NCBI GenBank assembly: GCA_003971905.1
Contig: RSEE01000045.1
Location: forward strand, 62,001-126,000
From: Moniliella sp. 'wahieum'
Taxonomy: Eukaryota
Length of the DNA stretch: 64,000 nt
Direction: 5' to 3'
The translations under genes and the position numbers were made by a program. The notes below the pieces were generated by a model. It had not been told where the DNA came from and ran no database searches. It saw only the letters and a program-made list of their open reading frames with translations. Of this stretch, positions 1-11,322 are shown one piece after another (position 1 is the stretch's first letter; each line of letters starts with the position of its first letter).

Positions 1-261
1 CGAGGAGTAGGCTTCCGCCCGGTTGATACAGGACCAAAATCAAAATCGCTCGCATGGCTCGTCGTGTGCCCGTAAGATACGTAGGCATACTCGATCCTTG
101 TCCGCGCTAAGACTTAGAGTGCTTCCGCAAAGAACGGTTACAGGCACCGATTTACTTGTCACATGACACTGAGCATGATAATAAGACCCCTTCACTCTGT
201 ATTGCGGCTACGCGATGGCACAATAGGTTGGCAGTGGGCATTGCAATAGGATGCTTAGCGC

Positions 262-3200
262 TTATGAGGGCGGAGGGGATATATTGTCGAACCAGCGAAG
301 TACATATGTAGCCGAAGAATGGAACGGATATAGGGTGTCACAGGCGTCAGGTGACAAGCAGAAGGATCGTAAGCCATGGCCATGGCAGGCAACGGGGTGG
401 GGTCGTAAGTTAAGCAATGACGGGAATGAAGAATGAGAGTATGAGGCGTAGCTGGGAAAGGTCGAGAGGGGATGAAGGGATGTAGAGGAAGACAAAGACA
501 AGGAGAGGTGCTTGACCGATGATCCAGAGCCTTGTAGAGGCAATAAGAAAACTCGGTCAGTGCAAAGGCACCGAAACGAATGCACATGCTGATCGAAGGT
601 AGTGAAGGGGGGCTCGGTCCCGCCACTGGAATCATCCAATGTGAGGGGGCTGGACACATTGACAGTAGTAGGTACCGTGGAACAGGGCGACAGGGGCGCA
701 AAGGGCGGGGGCGCGGTCCGTCGTGGTTCCAACTTTTGCGAGCGCTGATACAGTAGGTCGCCAGCTTCTTGGCTTTCCTCAAGGTATGTTACGAGCCAGG
801 ATTGAATCTCGGGCACGGCCTGGAGCGCATACAGCTGACCTTGGACCGTCACCAAGTCGTCCACGAGGCGGGCTAGACGATCGTAGCGAACCCAATTGAT
901 CATATCTGAGTTGTTAGCACCATCTTTGACGCCTGACAACCTGGACGGCCGCCGGCTCGGGCCATTGCCCTGCAACGTAAATACAATGTCCCCTGCCGCA
1001 ATGCCGACAAAGGGCAGAAACGGCGAGCGGGTTCGTAAGGCATCTTGGAATCGTTGCCGGTACTCGGTAAAGTTGTGGCCAGGGAGCGTCATGGCCTCGT
1101 ACGCCTTGGCCCAGTCCCTGTATTGGCAGGCAATGCTTGCCAAGTGTTGTGCAGCCGACGTACTGCCACTGCCCCGATCCCGCTCTGAAGCGAGAAGAAG
1201 GCATGCAGGTTTTGAAGCAGCAGACATTTCTGTAGCGGGGCAAGGTCAATATCTTCCGCCGTCTCGCCGAGTATGGGGAGTAGTAGGGACTAGAAAATGC
1301 CAACAGGCGAGTGGAGTACATACGCGAGAGAGTTTGAGAAAATAGATCAGGGCATCTTTACGCTCCTTGACCGTATCGAGGGCCAAGATGGTGGTCTGAA
1401 CCCAACTAGCAAGCTGGTTGCTCAGGTCCGAGAGCACCTTGATGGGCGCGGGCGTGCCTTCGTCCCCCACATCCAGTCCCACCGTGTCCGACGAAGGGGT
1501 CTTCTTGGGGGCAACATATTTGCCCCAAAATTGCTCGGGTGTGATGGAGGCATACACACGACTCACCAACACGGTCAACTGACGTGCCATCTCGCCCGTA
1601 CTAACCTCTGTCACACCTGCTGTGCCCTCACGCAACCGAGCCAGGAGCGAGCGGCTTATATTTGGGGTGGGGGCCCCCGAAGTGGACCAGCCGGGGGTAT
1701 AGAGCGCGTCGGTGGATTGGCTCTGGTCAGGTGGCTCAATGGTTCGGACCAAGTCGGTTTGGATGCCATCACCCACAAGCCGCATTTGCACTGTTCCCCC
1801 TGCCGTTGTTCTGCGGGTGACAAGGGCCAGCACATCGGCTGCTCCTGCCATCGTAGCGAGCTTGTCAGAGTGGGCAACAACAAGGCATCGTCCAAGTCTG
1901 GGCGCCAGTACGCGTCCGACATCCACAACCGAACAAAGCTGAGGATGTTGGTTCGTTGTTGCTCGCCGGCCTGGGTCCAGAGGTCGACAAGCAGTTCAGC
2001 CAACTGGCTTGCACGACAAAACAGCGGCAGCGTCAAACAAAACCGTTGGGCCAACTTGGTCTTCATCGGTCCGCGAACCGGAAGCAGCGTGCGCACCAAC
2101 CCTTGCAAACTGCCGCCCAGTAGAACACCTTCGGGGTTGTACGTGACGCCTTCCTCAGACGGAGGCACTTCCGCTCATTCTGAGTTGCCTCTGGCTCGTT
2201 TGACGCTTTCAGTTCGCGTGAGGAAGGCTTGGGCATCTCAGAGGGAAAGCCGGAACGTCGTCTCATCCGGTTTAACAGATTTTCTACACTGGGCCCCCGA
2301 GACACAAGGGAAGAGGTGGTGGAGCTGGGCCGGGCATGGCGAATAGAGAGTTTGTGGCGGAGCGAGTTGATCGGGTCAAGGACAGTGGTGGAAGCCGTTC
2401 CGCCTCCACTGACACTGAGAGAGGCGCTGGTACCAGAGGGCGAGGCGAGAGGGCTGGAGCTCTGCGCCCGGGCAGAAAGGCGGTGCCGCAGCGGTGGCAT
2501 GGTAAAACTTTTTGACCGTGGGCTAGAGATCAACGACAGGCGCGACAGGCCACGGTCCCTTTTCATTCGATGATGCAGCCCGCTATCGTCCGACAGGGAA
2601 CTGGCCTCCCCGTCCCCTTGGGCGGTCGACGACGGACAGGTGACGAAACCGAACGGAGAGACGAAGGAGTATGACACTTTTCCATCAAAGTCGACACTTG
2701 TATCACCACATCTTCCCCGAGACGAAATATCGGATGCTGCCGAGATAGCAGGTGCGGCCATGAGGGCGACACTGGGCGCTTTCACGTCGGAATCTTCAGA
2801 ATCAGCCAAGGTCAGCTGGCGTACTGCGCTCAATAGCTTGGAGGAGGCTTGTAGAAAATCGGACCGAGTCAACGGAGTGTGGTGAGTGCGCGGCTGTTGG
2901 CACGGCCAAGATAAGGATCGACACAGAGCTGGTCCAAGTCACGAATGATCACGTTGATCGCATCGTACACGGCCAAGGTGGCCTCGACCACCGATTCGGA
3001 CGAAGGGAGGAAACTTGTTCTGAGAGAGGTAGCTCGGACGAATCCGAACGGGAGAGCATAAGGGTCTGGACATGGGCGTGGATGGCACGATGAAAGTTGG
3101 GACAGGCAACCAGCAAATTCGTCTGTGCCTCCTTGATCCCTGCACTCGTATACTTGCTTCCTCCAGCCCAAGTGTACGCGATGTTTCGTCAAACGCAAAG

Positions 3201-3927
3201 GAAACGGTTATTAGCGCTTCTGGATCCATTGGAGGCAGGGGGATTCCACGTCAGAAGGGGAGGAAAGCATTGGCTTGTCTCCCTCAACAGGCGTCACGTC
3301 CAGCATGTCTCCGATGGCAGAGATGATGTGGTAGGCACAGCTGATCAACTTGTCTCCGATTCGGCAGAGGAGCAAGTGGGGCGGTGTCTCACCCAAGTCG
3401 GTAGCGAGGTCGAGCAGGCACTGGACGAAGGAAAGGAGCGTTTTGCGTCGGGCGGCGACGGTGGGGTTCACTACACCATGTCGTCGGCATGGAGGCAGGT
3501 TGATGGAGGTGAGGGTGGCACGTACACCGGCACGGAGTAGGCGAGCATCGGCAAGGTAGAGGGAACGTTGCTGCGCACGGACGTGGAGATGAGAAGGGTG
3601 GCGGCGTTGTGATGTAGCTTGGAATGCGATGTGGGCAGGCCGGGGATGAGGGGAAGGACGAAGGGCCAGGGGGAGAGCATCTGGTCAAAAGAGGCTACGT
3701 GGTTGCTGGGAAACCACCCGCGCTGGCCGTCCATCTCGCCGTCCCACCAGCCGCTGGGGTGGCGGTTGTACACGAGGACCTGGGCGCCCAGCGACGATGG
3801 GCAGACAGTTGGCCTGCGTCGAGGAGGGGTGGTAGTCGTACAAGGCATAGACGAGGTCGGGTGCGCCGTCGCCAGGGCCGGGGCCGGGGGCTGGCCCAGG
3901 GTCAGGGGGGTCAGGGGGGCTGGACAT
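262..3927 (-). CDS. Cdc25-like Ras guanine nucleotide exchange factor (N-terminal SH3, C-terminal RasGEF domain); frameshifted, with intron(s)
   Basis: SH3 motifs VYALYDY and PSGWWDGEMDGQRGWFPSNHV (3700-3860). RasGEF motifs EMARQLTVL, SNQLASWVQTTIL, HNFTEYR, PFLPFVGI, INWVRY and LLYQRSQKLEPR are spread over ORFs 262-1227 and 1246-1926. Start taken at ATG 3927 (MSSPPDPP). Confidence 0.85.
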
Positions 3928-5072
3928 GATGGCGGGGAAGAGGAGGGCGAGCGGCTGGGGCGATGGGGGCGAGCGGGAGGACACGGCAGGTAGGGGCCAG
4001 ACGGGAAGAGGAGCGGGTATGAAGACGCCGGGGCGGGACCCGGTGGGACCCGGTTGGGCACAGGGCAGGCGAAGGCAGGCGAAGTGTCAGTAGGGTGCGT
4101 GCATTATGCATCAAATTGCAGCGGCCCACCGTGACAGATGCAACCCCCGCCGTCCGTGGCGAAGGGCAAGACAGATGCGAAGACGGGGCAATATGCTTTG
4201 TGCTGTTCTAGGGGCGATCGCAGAGGGGGCTGGTGCCCCGACGGCAACAATGCACATCTCAGCCCGATGATCGATGATTAATGACTGATCGATCAGGTCG
4301 TCAGAATCGATCAGGCCCAGGGCCGAAGCGTGCCGCCCCTCGCCGTGATGCGCTCAGTACACTCAGTACTCAGTCTGAGCGCTGCTCAGTCATTCGGTCT
4401 AGGAAAGCTAGTAACTAGTAACTCAGTAGGCAGTCGGAGTACTGCTTCGTATCGCCAGTGCCCAGCGCCCAGGACGCAGTCTCTCAGTACTGAGACACCG
4501 TCCCAGCGGAGTGTGGATTCGATCAATATGAATACGAAATTTGAAGACGCGTTGCGGCTGCGACACGGCACAGCGCCTCCGTGCCGCATGGTTCCCCCCA
4601 GGCACCCAAGACCCCAGCCAGGTCTGCTGCGGTGGGCGACGTGCGGGCCATGGCGCATTGCTTTTGATGACTTGTCGATGGTCGCTGTCGGTGACTGTCC
4701 CGGCCTCTTTGGTCGCCTGCTTTGGAGCATGGGTCCTGATCTTGGCCGGTGCCGAGGACTGGTCATGGGATGGGCCAGACGGCAGGCTTGCCTCGTAGCT
4801 ACTAGCTCCGACTGGTTCCGCAGGAAAGCTACTGCCTGCTACTGCACGTCACAAGTCACATGCACAGCGGAGCGCGAGCCAGGAGTGGGCAGCAGCTAAA
4901 AATGCGCTCACACCACCCACCCAAGACGCACAAAGCTTGCCGCCATTGGTGTATGGCAGGCCTGCGTTAGGAAGCAGATGTCTGATGTCTGATGCATGAC
5001 ATGAAGCAAGAGTGCGTGCTCAGTTCTTGCTTACTAGGTACAGGGTACGTACACTGAGCGCGAGCCGAGCAT

Positions 5073-5101
5073 TGAATATTGACATGTGACATGTCAGTAC
5101 T
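5073..5101. promoter_or_regulatory. Representative heptad palindrome array TGA-ATAT-TGA-CATG-TGA-CATG-TCA-GTAC (putative regulatory element)
   Basis: The pattern is read directly. The regulatory role is inferred from the positions of related arrays upstream of genes. Confidence 0.5.
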
Positions 5102-8100
5102 GCGTTGCGGCCTGTTGCGGCCCGTTGTGCGTGTTGCGGCAGACTGGGGGCTGCTGTGGCAGCCTGTGGCAGCCTGTGACAGTCCTGCTGCCCAGCCACA
5201 GCGGGGCAATCCACCAGCTGCTTTCAGATCCCAGGATCTCACATGTCACATGTCACACCTCTAAGCTTTGCAACTGCACCCCCGCCTTCCCCCTCTGCGT
5301 GGCTGGGGTGGAGCCAGTTGGACGTGCTGGGCGTGCTGTGGCGTGCCTTGCGCTGGGCCAGTCGGGCCCCTTGTTCTGTGGCTCCATGTCCCAGACGGCT
5401 TCCTTCAAGCTTCACGCAATGCAGCACATGCGTCGCACGCCAACGACGTTGCCCGTCCAAAAGCCAAATTGGGTTCATTACAACGCCGAAGCGCAGCCAG
5501 GGCTCTCCCCATTTCAATTGAAACCTTCGGAGCTTCGGCGTTCTTTAGAGTACGTTCTCTACTGAGTCTACTGAGTACTAGCCTGTTGGGGTGTACACCG
5601 GTTCTTAGGCCTTGGGCTTGGGGCGTAATGCGTACGCGTTATGCGCTTCGCCTTACGCCCGTACAAACCTTAAATGCAGCGGCTTGCCACACCAAGTGAT
5701 AATAGCCCTCTGCCGCCAGCGGGAGGAATGGGCCCACCCGCGACAGCCTTCGGGGTGGGTGGCGCCGGCTGGGGTTGGCGTGGGAACGTAGAGCTTGAAA
5801 GTTGCGGTGTCTGTTCCAGATTTTATGTTGCCTCCGTCAGCGAGTGCAACAACGCAGCCCGTTGTGGTGGGTGTGTACATTTTAACACTGGTACATTTTA
5901 ACACTGGAATTCGAGCAGGGCCCATGCGGGGGAGAGGGTGCGTGGCCAGAGGCAGAGAATCGTAGTATGCAATGGCGGCCAATCACGCGTTGGCATAGTC
6001 GGCCACAGACGGCGATTATCCAGCCGCGCCTCCACATTCTCCGTCAAATACACACACCGCCACCACCCCCTGCCCTCTCGCCCACGTTCTCATCCAAGCA
6101 GTGCTTAATATTACATGGAACCACGTGCCGGTCTCCCAAGCATAACACCGACATCCAATTGGACGGCAACAGGGAGTGCCTCATGTCAAATTACATCTCT
6201 TCTTTTGCGTACTTCGACTAGGTCGGGGAATCCAGACAGCTTGATCTCCCCGTCATGCATCCCTCCGGCTCAGGCGCGAAGATTGCGACACGTTTTTAGC
6301 GATCTGTCCGCTCATTCCCACTGTCACATGTCACATGTCACATGTCATCGCACATAAGTATGCGTCCCACAAACAAACTCTCTCCGTGTAGGTACACGAC
6401 CGGCGGAAGCCGTAGTGCCCTGGCTCACACTCAGACCATCACGGAATATTGATTGACTGCTCCACCAGCTCCACCTGTTTGCCTATAACCCCCCCCCGCG
6501 CGCGGCACACCCACACCATATATGCAGGTATTAACGCCCAGGAAGAGCTCAAAGAGCAGCAAATGGGAATGGTGGTCGATGGAGATCAAATTGCTAAGGC
6601 GGTGGCGAATCCAAGTCATCATGGAGTCGGAAACGCCACGTCAGAAAACATCACACGCGCATCACACATGATGTCACTCGGAAGTGACCTTGGCCATAAA
6701 TGACCAGAGGTCAACAGCAGGACATGCACAGTGGTCTGTGCGCTGTAGTCGGTATTCAATAGCTCCCACCGCTCTCGCACGGGGCACAGCTCACACAGTA
6801 TATTGTACCATTTCACCTTGTTCGGTACCGCCAGTCAGTCGGAATGCTTTTGCGTCTGACGGATCCGACATCCATGTCACATGTCATGGGTCGATCACAC
6901 ACTGCGCAGTTGTCGCCTCTTTTTGCGTCGTTACTTTGGGTATTTTGCCCTCATCGCCCTCATCCCCAGGGGCCTGTGAGCACCCTGAGAACCCTGACGG
7001 CCTGAGCCTCACGCCTCAGGGAAAAATCGCAGACCATCGAGGTCCTCGTTCAGCGGACCATCAGCGTTCAAGCTGTGCATCACTCCCCAGCGCCCCTGGT
7101 ACCATTTCCAAGGAGATGCGAGAACATCTCCGAGTATTCCTATAGTGTTCCTTCGAAGGATCTGAAGAGAGTTACCGATTACTGGATACCATCGTCACCG
7201 TCAACGGCCTCTCGGCTCGACATACATATTGGCAGCATATATCTCCCCACTCAGCTCAGCTGAGCGATCAGGTTCCGCGCTCTGGATGTCTTTCCCTCGC
7301 TCGGCACCAAAATGCACATGTCTCCCTCATCTTATTTCGACATACGAAAAGTACCATGAACATGTTGGGTGAAACCCTTTTACAACGTGAGTGTGGAGCA
7401 TGTGGATCCTGGGAAACAAGTCCCTATATAACCTTACTAATGTATTGGCACTATGAGCATCTGTGTCAGAGTTCTCAATACTAACTTGCTACTAATACTA
7501 GGCCGAAAGGGCAAATGGTTGCGCCTCTGCTCTTCGGCTTTCCTTTGTCCATAATAGTCTGGCCGATATTGTCTGACTCACCTTTTTTTCCCCACCCCCG
7601 TCGCTTCTTTTCTTGTCTCATGCATTATGTCTTTTGCTCTCAACTAATATAAAAGTACGCGACATGTATCTCGCTCCCTCACGAAGACCTTACAAAATCA
7701 GCTCGCCTCATATAGCATAGAGGCATCTGTTCTTTCTCACACCTTATCTTGGCTTTTTGGACAATGTTATACAACTTCCTTTTAGCAACAGGCTCCATGA
7801 CGATCAATGATCTCGATCATCATCTGACCCATTATGCATTATCTGGTATCTCCTGTGGGGACCGACGCTTTTCCTTATGTGGCCCTACAGTAATTGAACG
7901 AGGGCTCTCTGTCCCTCTCGTGTGCCGAGCCCAGGACAAACTCACCTAAGAGTACACACAGATTACAGAGGATTACCATAAACGAGGAGACCACCGGGCT
8001 TACATCTGCGGGTCTGCTGGGGCTTCGTCCCAGTCTCTGTCCTCGTGCTGACGGCGACGGCCGGCGGCCATTTTTACCTCCTTCGTCCACCGTTGCATCG

Positions 8101-8705
8101 TCTACCGTTCCATCGCCCACGCTGTCCACCGTTCCAGCATGCAATGACATAGGTTATAAGATTACATCCTATTCGCGGCTGTGGCGTAGCGCGCTCATGG
8201 CTAATCGAAATTTCTGGTGCACAATCTTGTGGGCCTTGCCCACCTTGAATTTCGTACGTAGTCCTCACCACATATCTATCCGGAACCTTGTTACCGGCAT
8301 TTTCGATTAGCTATGCTGTTGCGGTGTCAGTATTAGGAGCAAAGAATGGCAATCAGTAGCAGGAATGCGTGCCTAGAGTGACACTCAGAGGTTCAGGTGG
8401 CCGAAAAGCTGTACAGCCTCAGAGCGCATTTCGTGCTTGAAGCTTAACGTGTGTCATGACATGGAGAGGAAGGCCTGTGTTGTCGATGGATGGCAACCGC
8501 CTAACCCTTTTGGTTGCTTCTTTGTCCGGGAGCCCGTCTGGTGCTGCTCTTGGCTAGGATAGGCCGCCGTACTTAGTTACCTTTTCATCGTTGATCTGTC
8601 CTCTCGTTGAGATCTTCGTTAATCGTAGCCACCGAAAGCAGATATGTGCAGCTGCCGCACACCGCCTTCCATGATACAAGAACGTACATGAACAGGCGCG
8701 GCAAC

Positions 8706-9310
8706 TGTTACGGGGCGCATCGGTTATCTCCGGACGCTGAGCCCCGCATGTCGTAGACATCACCGCCCAACCCACGTCATCCCCCGTCTACCCCCGTCTA
8801 CCCCCGTATACCCCCGTATACCCACGTCTACCCACGTCTACCCCCGTCTAGGCACGTCTACCCTCGTCTAGGCACAACGTCTATACTCCCGACTTCCATT
8901 CACTCTTCACCCTCATACGCTTACGAATTTACGACTTACGTCGAGCACTCAGCAAGCCGCGGTACTCTCATCAGTAGCGCTTGCTCTTCTTTAGGACTCT
9001 GTGTTCCCGCCAACTACAGCGTACCGAGTGTGGTAACGCCGGGAGGAACAGAGTAACTTGGGAAATCCTGAATCCCTTCAATTGGTCTTACGACTTACGA
9101 ACACGGCTCCTACCTCGGAGGGTCTGAGCTGTGGCCTTTGCACGCAGGCAGCCACCCAAACTAGAGGGTCTCTCCCTCGCGTCTACCTCCGCTCGGTTCA
9201 ACCAAGATATGGAGCAGGACCTAACGTACGAGCCACCGATTGATCTGTCCAAGGGTTTATACCCCTAAACTACAGAGGGGCTCCCACCTCGGGACCCCCC
9301 CCCCATGACA
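8706..9310 (+). mobile_element. Solo LTR (605 bp) with perfect 5-bp target-site duplication GCAAC
   Basis: Begins TGTTACGGGG (8706) and ends CCCCATGACA (9310), giving TG..CA ends with an imperfect terminal inverted repeat. GCAAC at 8701-8705 and 9311-9315. Homologous to 29170-30033. Orientation inferred from the TATA in the second copy. Confidence 0.9.
8781..8882 (+). repeat. 10-bp minisatellite (CCCCCGTCTA)n, about 10 degenerate units, inside the solo LTR
   Basis: Direct reading: cccccgtcta cccccgtcta cccccgtata cccccgtata cccacgtcta cccacgtcta ... Confidence 0.95.
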
Positions 9311-11322
9311 GCAACACACCCTGTCCACACTTTTGACCATCATATATTATAGTATCTGTGAAAGGTGTGCGATGTTTGGGCAACGCTCACGCGCCCACGC
9401 AGCGAGATCGCCCATAGATTTACGGAATACTACTCTGCAAGCCCATCCAAAGAGACCTCTCCACCTCTCAAATGTCACTTTTGTCTCGGGGAACAAGGAA
9501 GTGACCCCCCCCCCCCCGCGGCACAAGAAAAAGGTGCTTCATGATCACAACACCATCGACCACACAAACCCTAGTTTCTGCACTGCTTCTGCTCTACTAG
9601 TCAGCACTCTTTCACACAGCTGGTATATTATGTGTTTGCGAAAGGATAACGACAGAGCGAGGATAGACGCTAGGCCATGGAGATACATGTTGGTGAAACC
9701 TGCCCTACTTTGTGATCCATGCTATCCGTCGTATTGATCATTGGTCACGACGGCGAGATCTTTTTCGCTGGCACAACTGTGTGCATATCTACCACCCACT
9801 CGCGTATACCTCAGCGATTTCGCAATTCAATCTTTGCCTAGTCGTCCATCTCTGAGGCCCTGAGGGCTTTTGGTCCTCATCCACATCAGCGCTCAGCATA
9901 CCCACTGCATACTCCGCAAGCGTGTTGTGGCCAGGACGAGGGGGTGACTAAAGGGCATGGTCTACTTGACGTACGATCCGCTCAACATTCTGTATTCACT
10001 CGAAAAGTAGACGGCCGGCGTTTGGACGGTTGTGTGGGGTGCCCCGGTTCCCACATTTGAGCCACACTCGACCACAAGGGGGTACGGTGTAGCCTGGTGT
10101 AACTGCTGGGTAGAAGCCATCCGAATGTCGACTCGGAAACCTTGCCCTTTTGTTCCCGCCTGCATCGGCACTGCTCACACTTTTGGTTTTTGATTGTGCA
10201 TATGCTGCATGATATACCTGCCCCTTCGCTCCCTTCTTACAACGACCCTCGTGCTTCTCGTCGGACCGGACACTGCTGGGCCCAAATAAGCCGCCAATTG
10301 AGCAGCGTGCATGCGTGGTGGGCGTAAAGATTGCTTTTGCCTCCTCTGCCAACAGCCGTCTCTCCCATCAGGCTGGACTCAAGAGTAGGATGGAAAGCAG
10401 GTAGAATAATTAACCGGTTCGCTGCATAGTTGCATCTGCATCAGCCTCGACGCCAATCTCGGTCTCGTGGCCACTGAGATCAGAGATACTGTTGACAATA
10501 GCTCACCGACCGCACAAACAACGCTAAGCCGGCATAGTACATTATAGTAGTCCCCTTGTCCACCTAGCGCCCAACTACATTTGCGATGGGCACACCAAGG
10601 CAAGCCGGGATGTGGATTCCCTTTCGTTAGCGGGTCCTACTTAGTACTGGGCTGGAGTGAGGATGGAACTATGGCTGCTCGGCTCGGTTCTGCGATTCAC
10701 AACGGTTGCTGCACACTCAATCTGCTTCCAGCATCGACACCATTGCGCCTGCTATTAATCTCGGACCATGATCAATGCGTATGCATGCAAGAAAATCCCA
10801 GGGGTGCTAAGTAGCTTGGGTGTCTCTCCCCCTCCCCTGCTCTCCCTGCATCATCTGAGATCAGCAGGATGCATCAGGGGGGGAGGGGAGGGGAAGGGAG
10901 GGGCAAGGGAGTTTGGGCCATACGAGCGGGGGGGGGGGGGGGGGGGCATGGGGTACAGAACAACAAAGTGACGGCGGGCATGGCTTCGGGGGGGGGGGGG
11001 GAAACCATATCGCCGCGGGGGCAAAGAGGGTAAGGTACGGGTGCAGAGGGCCGGGAAGAGGAGGACGGGTTGGATTGGACCGAGTCCCCTGGAGTTAGAA
11101 ACGGGACAGGGGCCGGGGGGGGACGGAAGCAAAACCCCGACAGCCAAAGCGAAAGCAAAAGCGAAAGCGAAAACGAAAACGAAAGCAAAGGGGAATACAA
11201 AAATGGTTCAGTTCAATGACAAGGTCAGCCACACGTGAAGCGTGGGGTTTTGGTACAGAAACCGTCCCCCCCCCCCGCTCACAAACAAAGGTGGTCGACG
11301 GAAGGAGATAGACAGAGCAGTC

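Noticed and set aside
4268..4295. Heptad arrays as three-frame stop cassettes (TGA every 7 nt hits all frames)
   Set aside because: Arithmetically true, but it does not explain the palindromic spacers, the mixed TGA/TCA orientation or the absence of TAG.
5073..5101. Synthetic polylinker or vector contamination (the hexamers are restriction sites such as SspI, PciI, ScaI)
   Set aside because: The arrays are scattered at many native intergenic positions, often degenerate, with no vector sequence.
8940..8990. Hammerhead ribozyme (retrozyme) in the LTR: CTGATGA on the minus strand in both copies
   Set aside because: There is no GAAA after a stem II in either copy, and the motif sits in the loop of a simple hairpin.
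10877..11280. G-quadruplex-like G tracts and (AAAGCG)n
   Set aside because: Generic low-complexity sequence downstream of a gene; homopolymer lengths are unreliable in this assembly.
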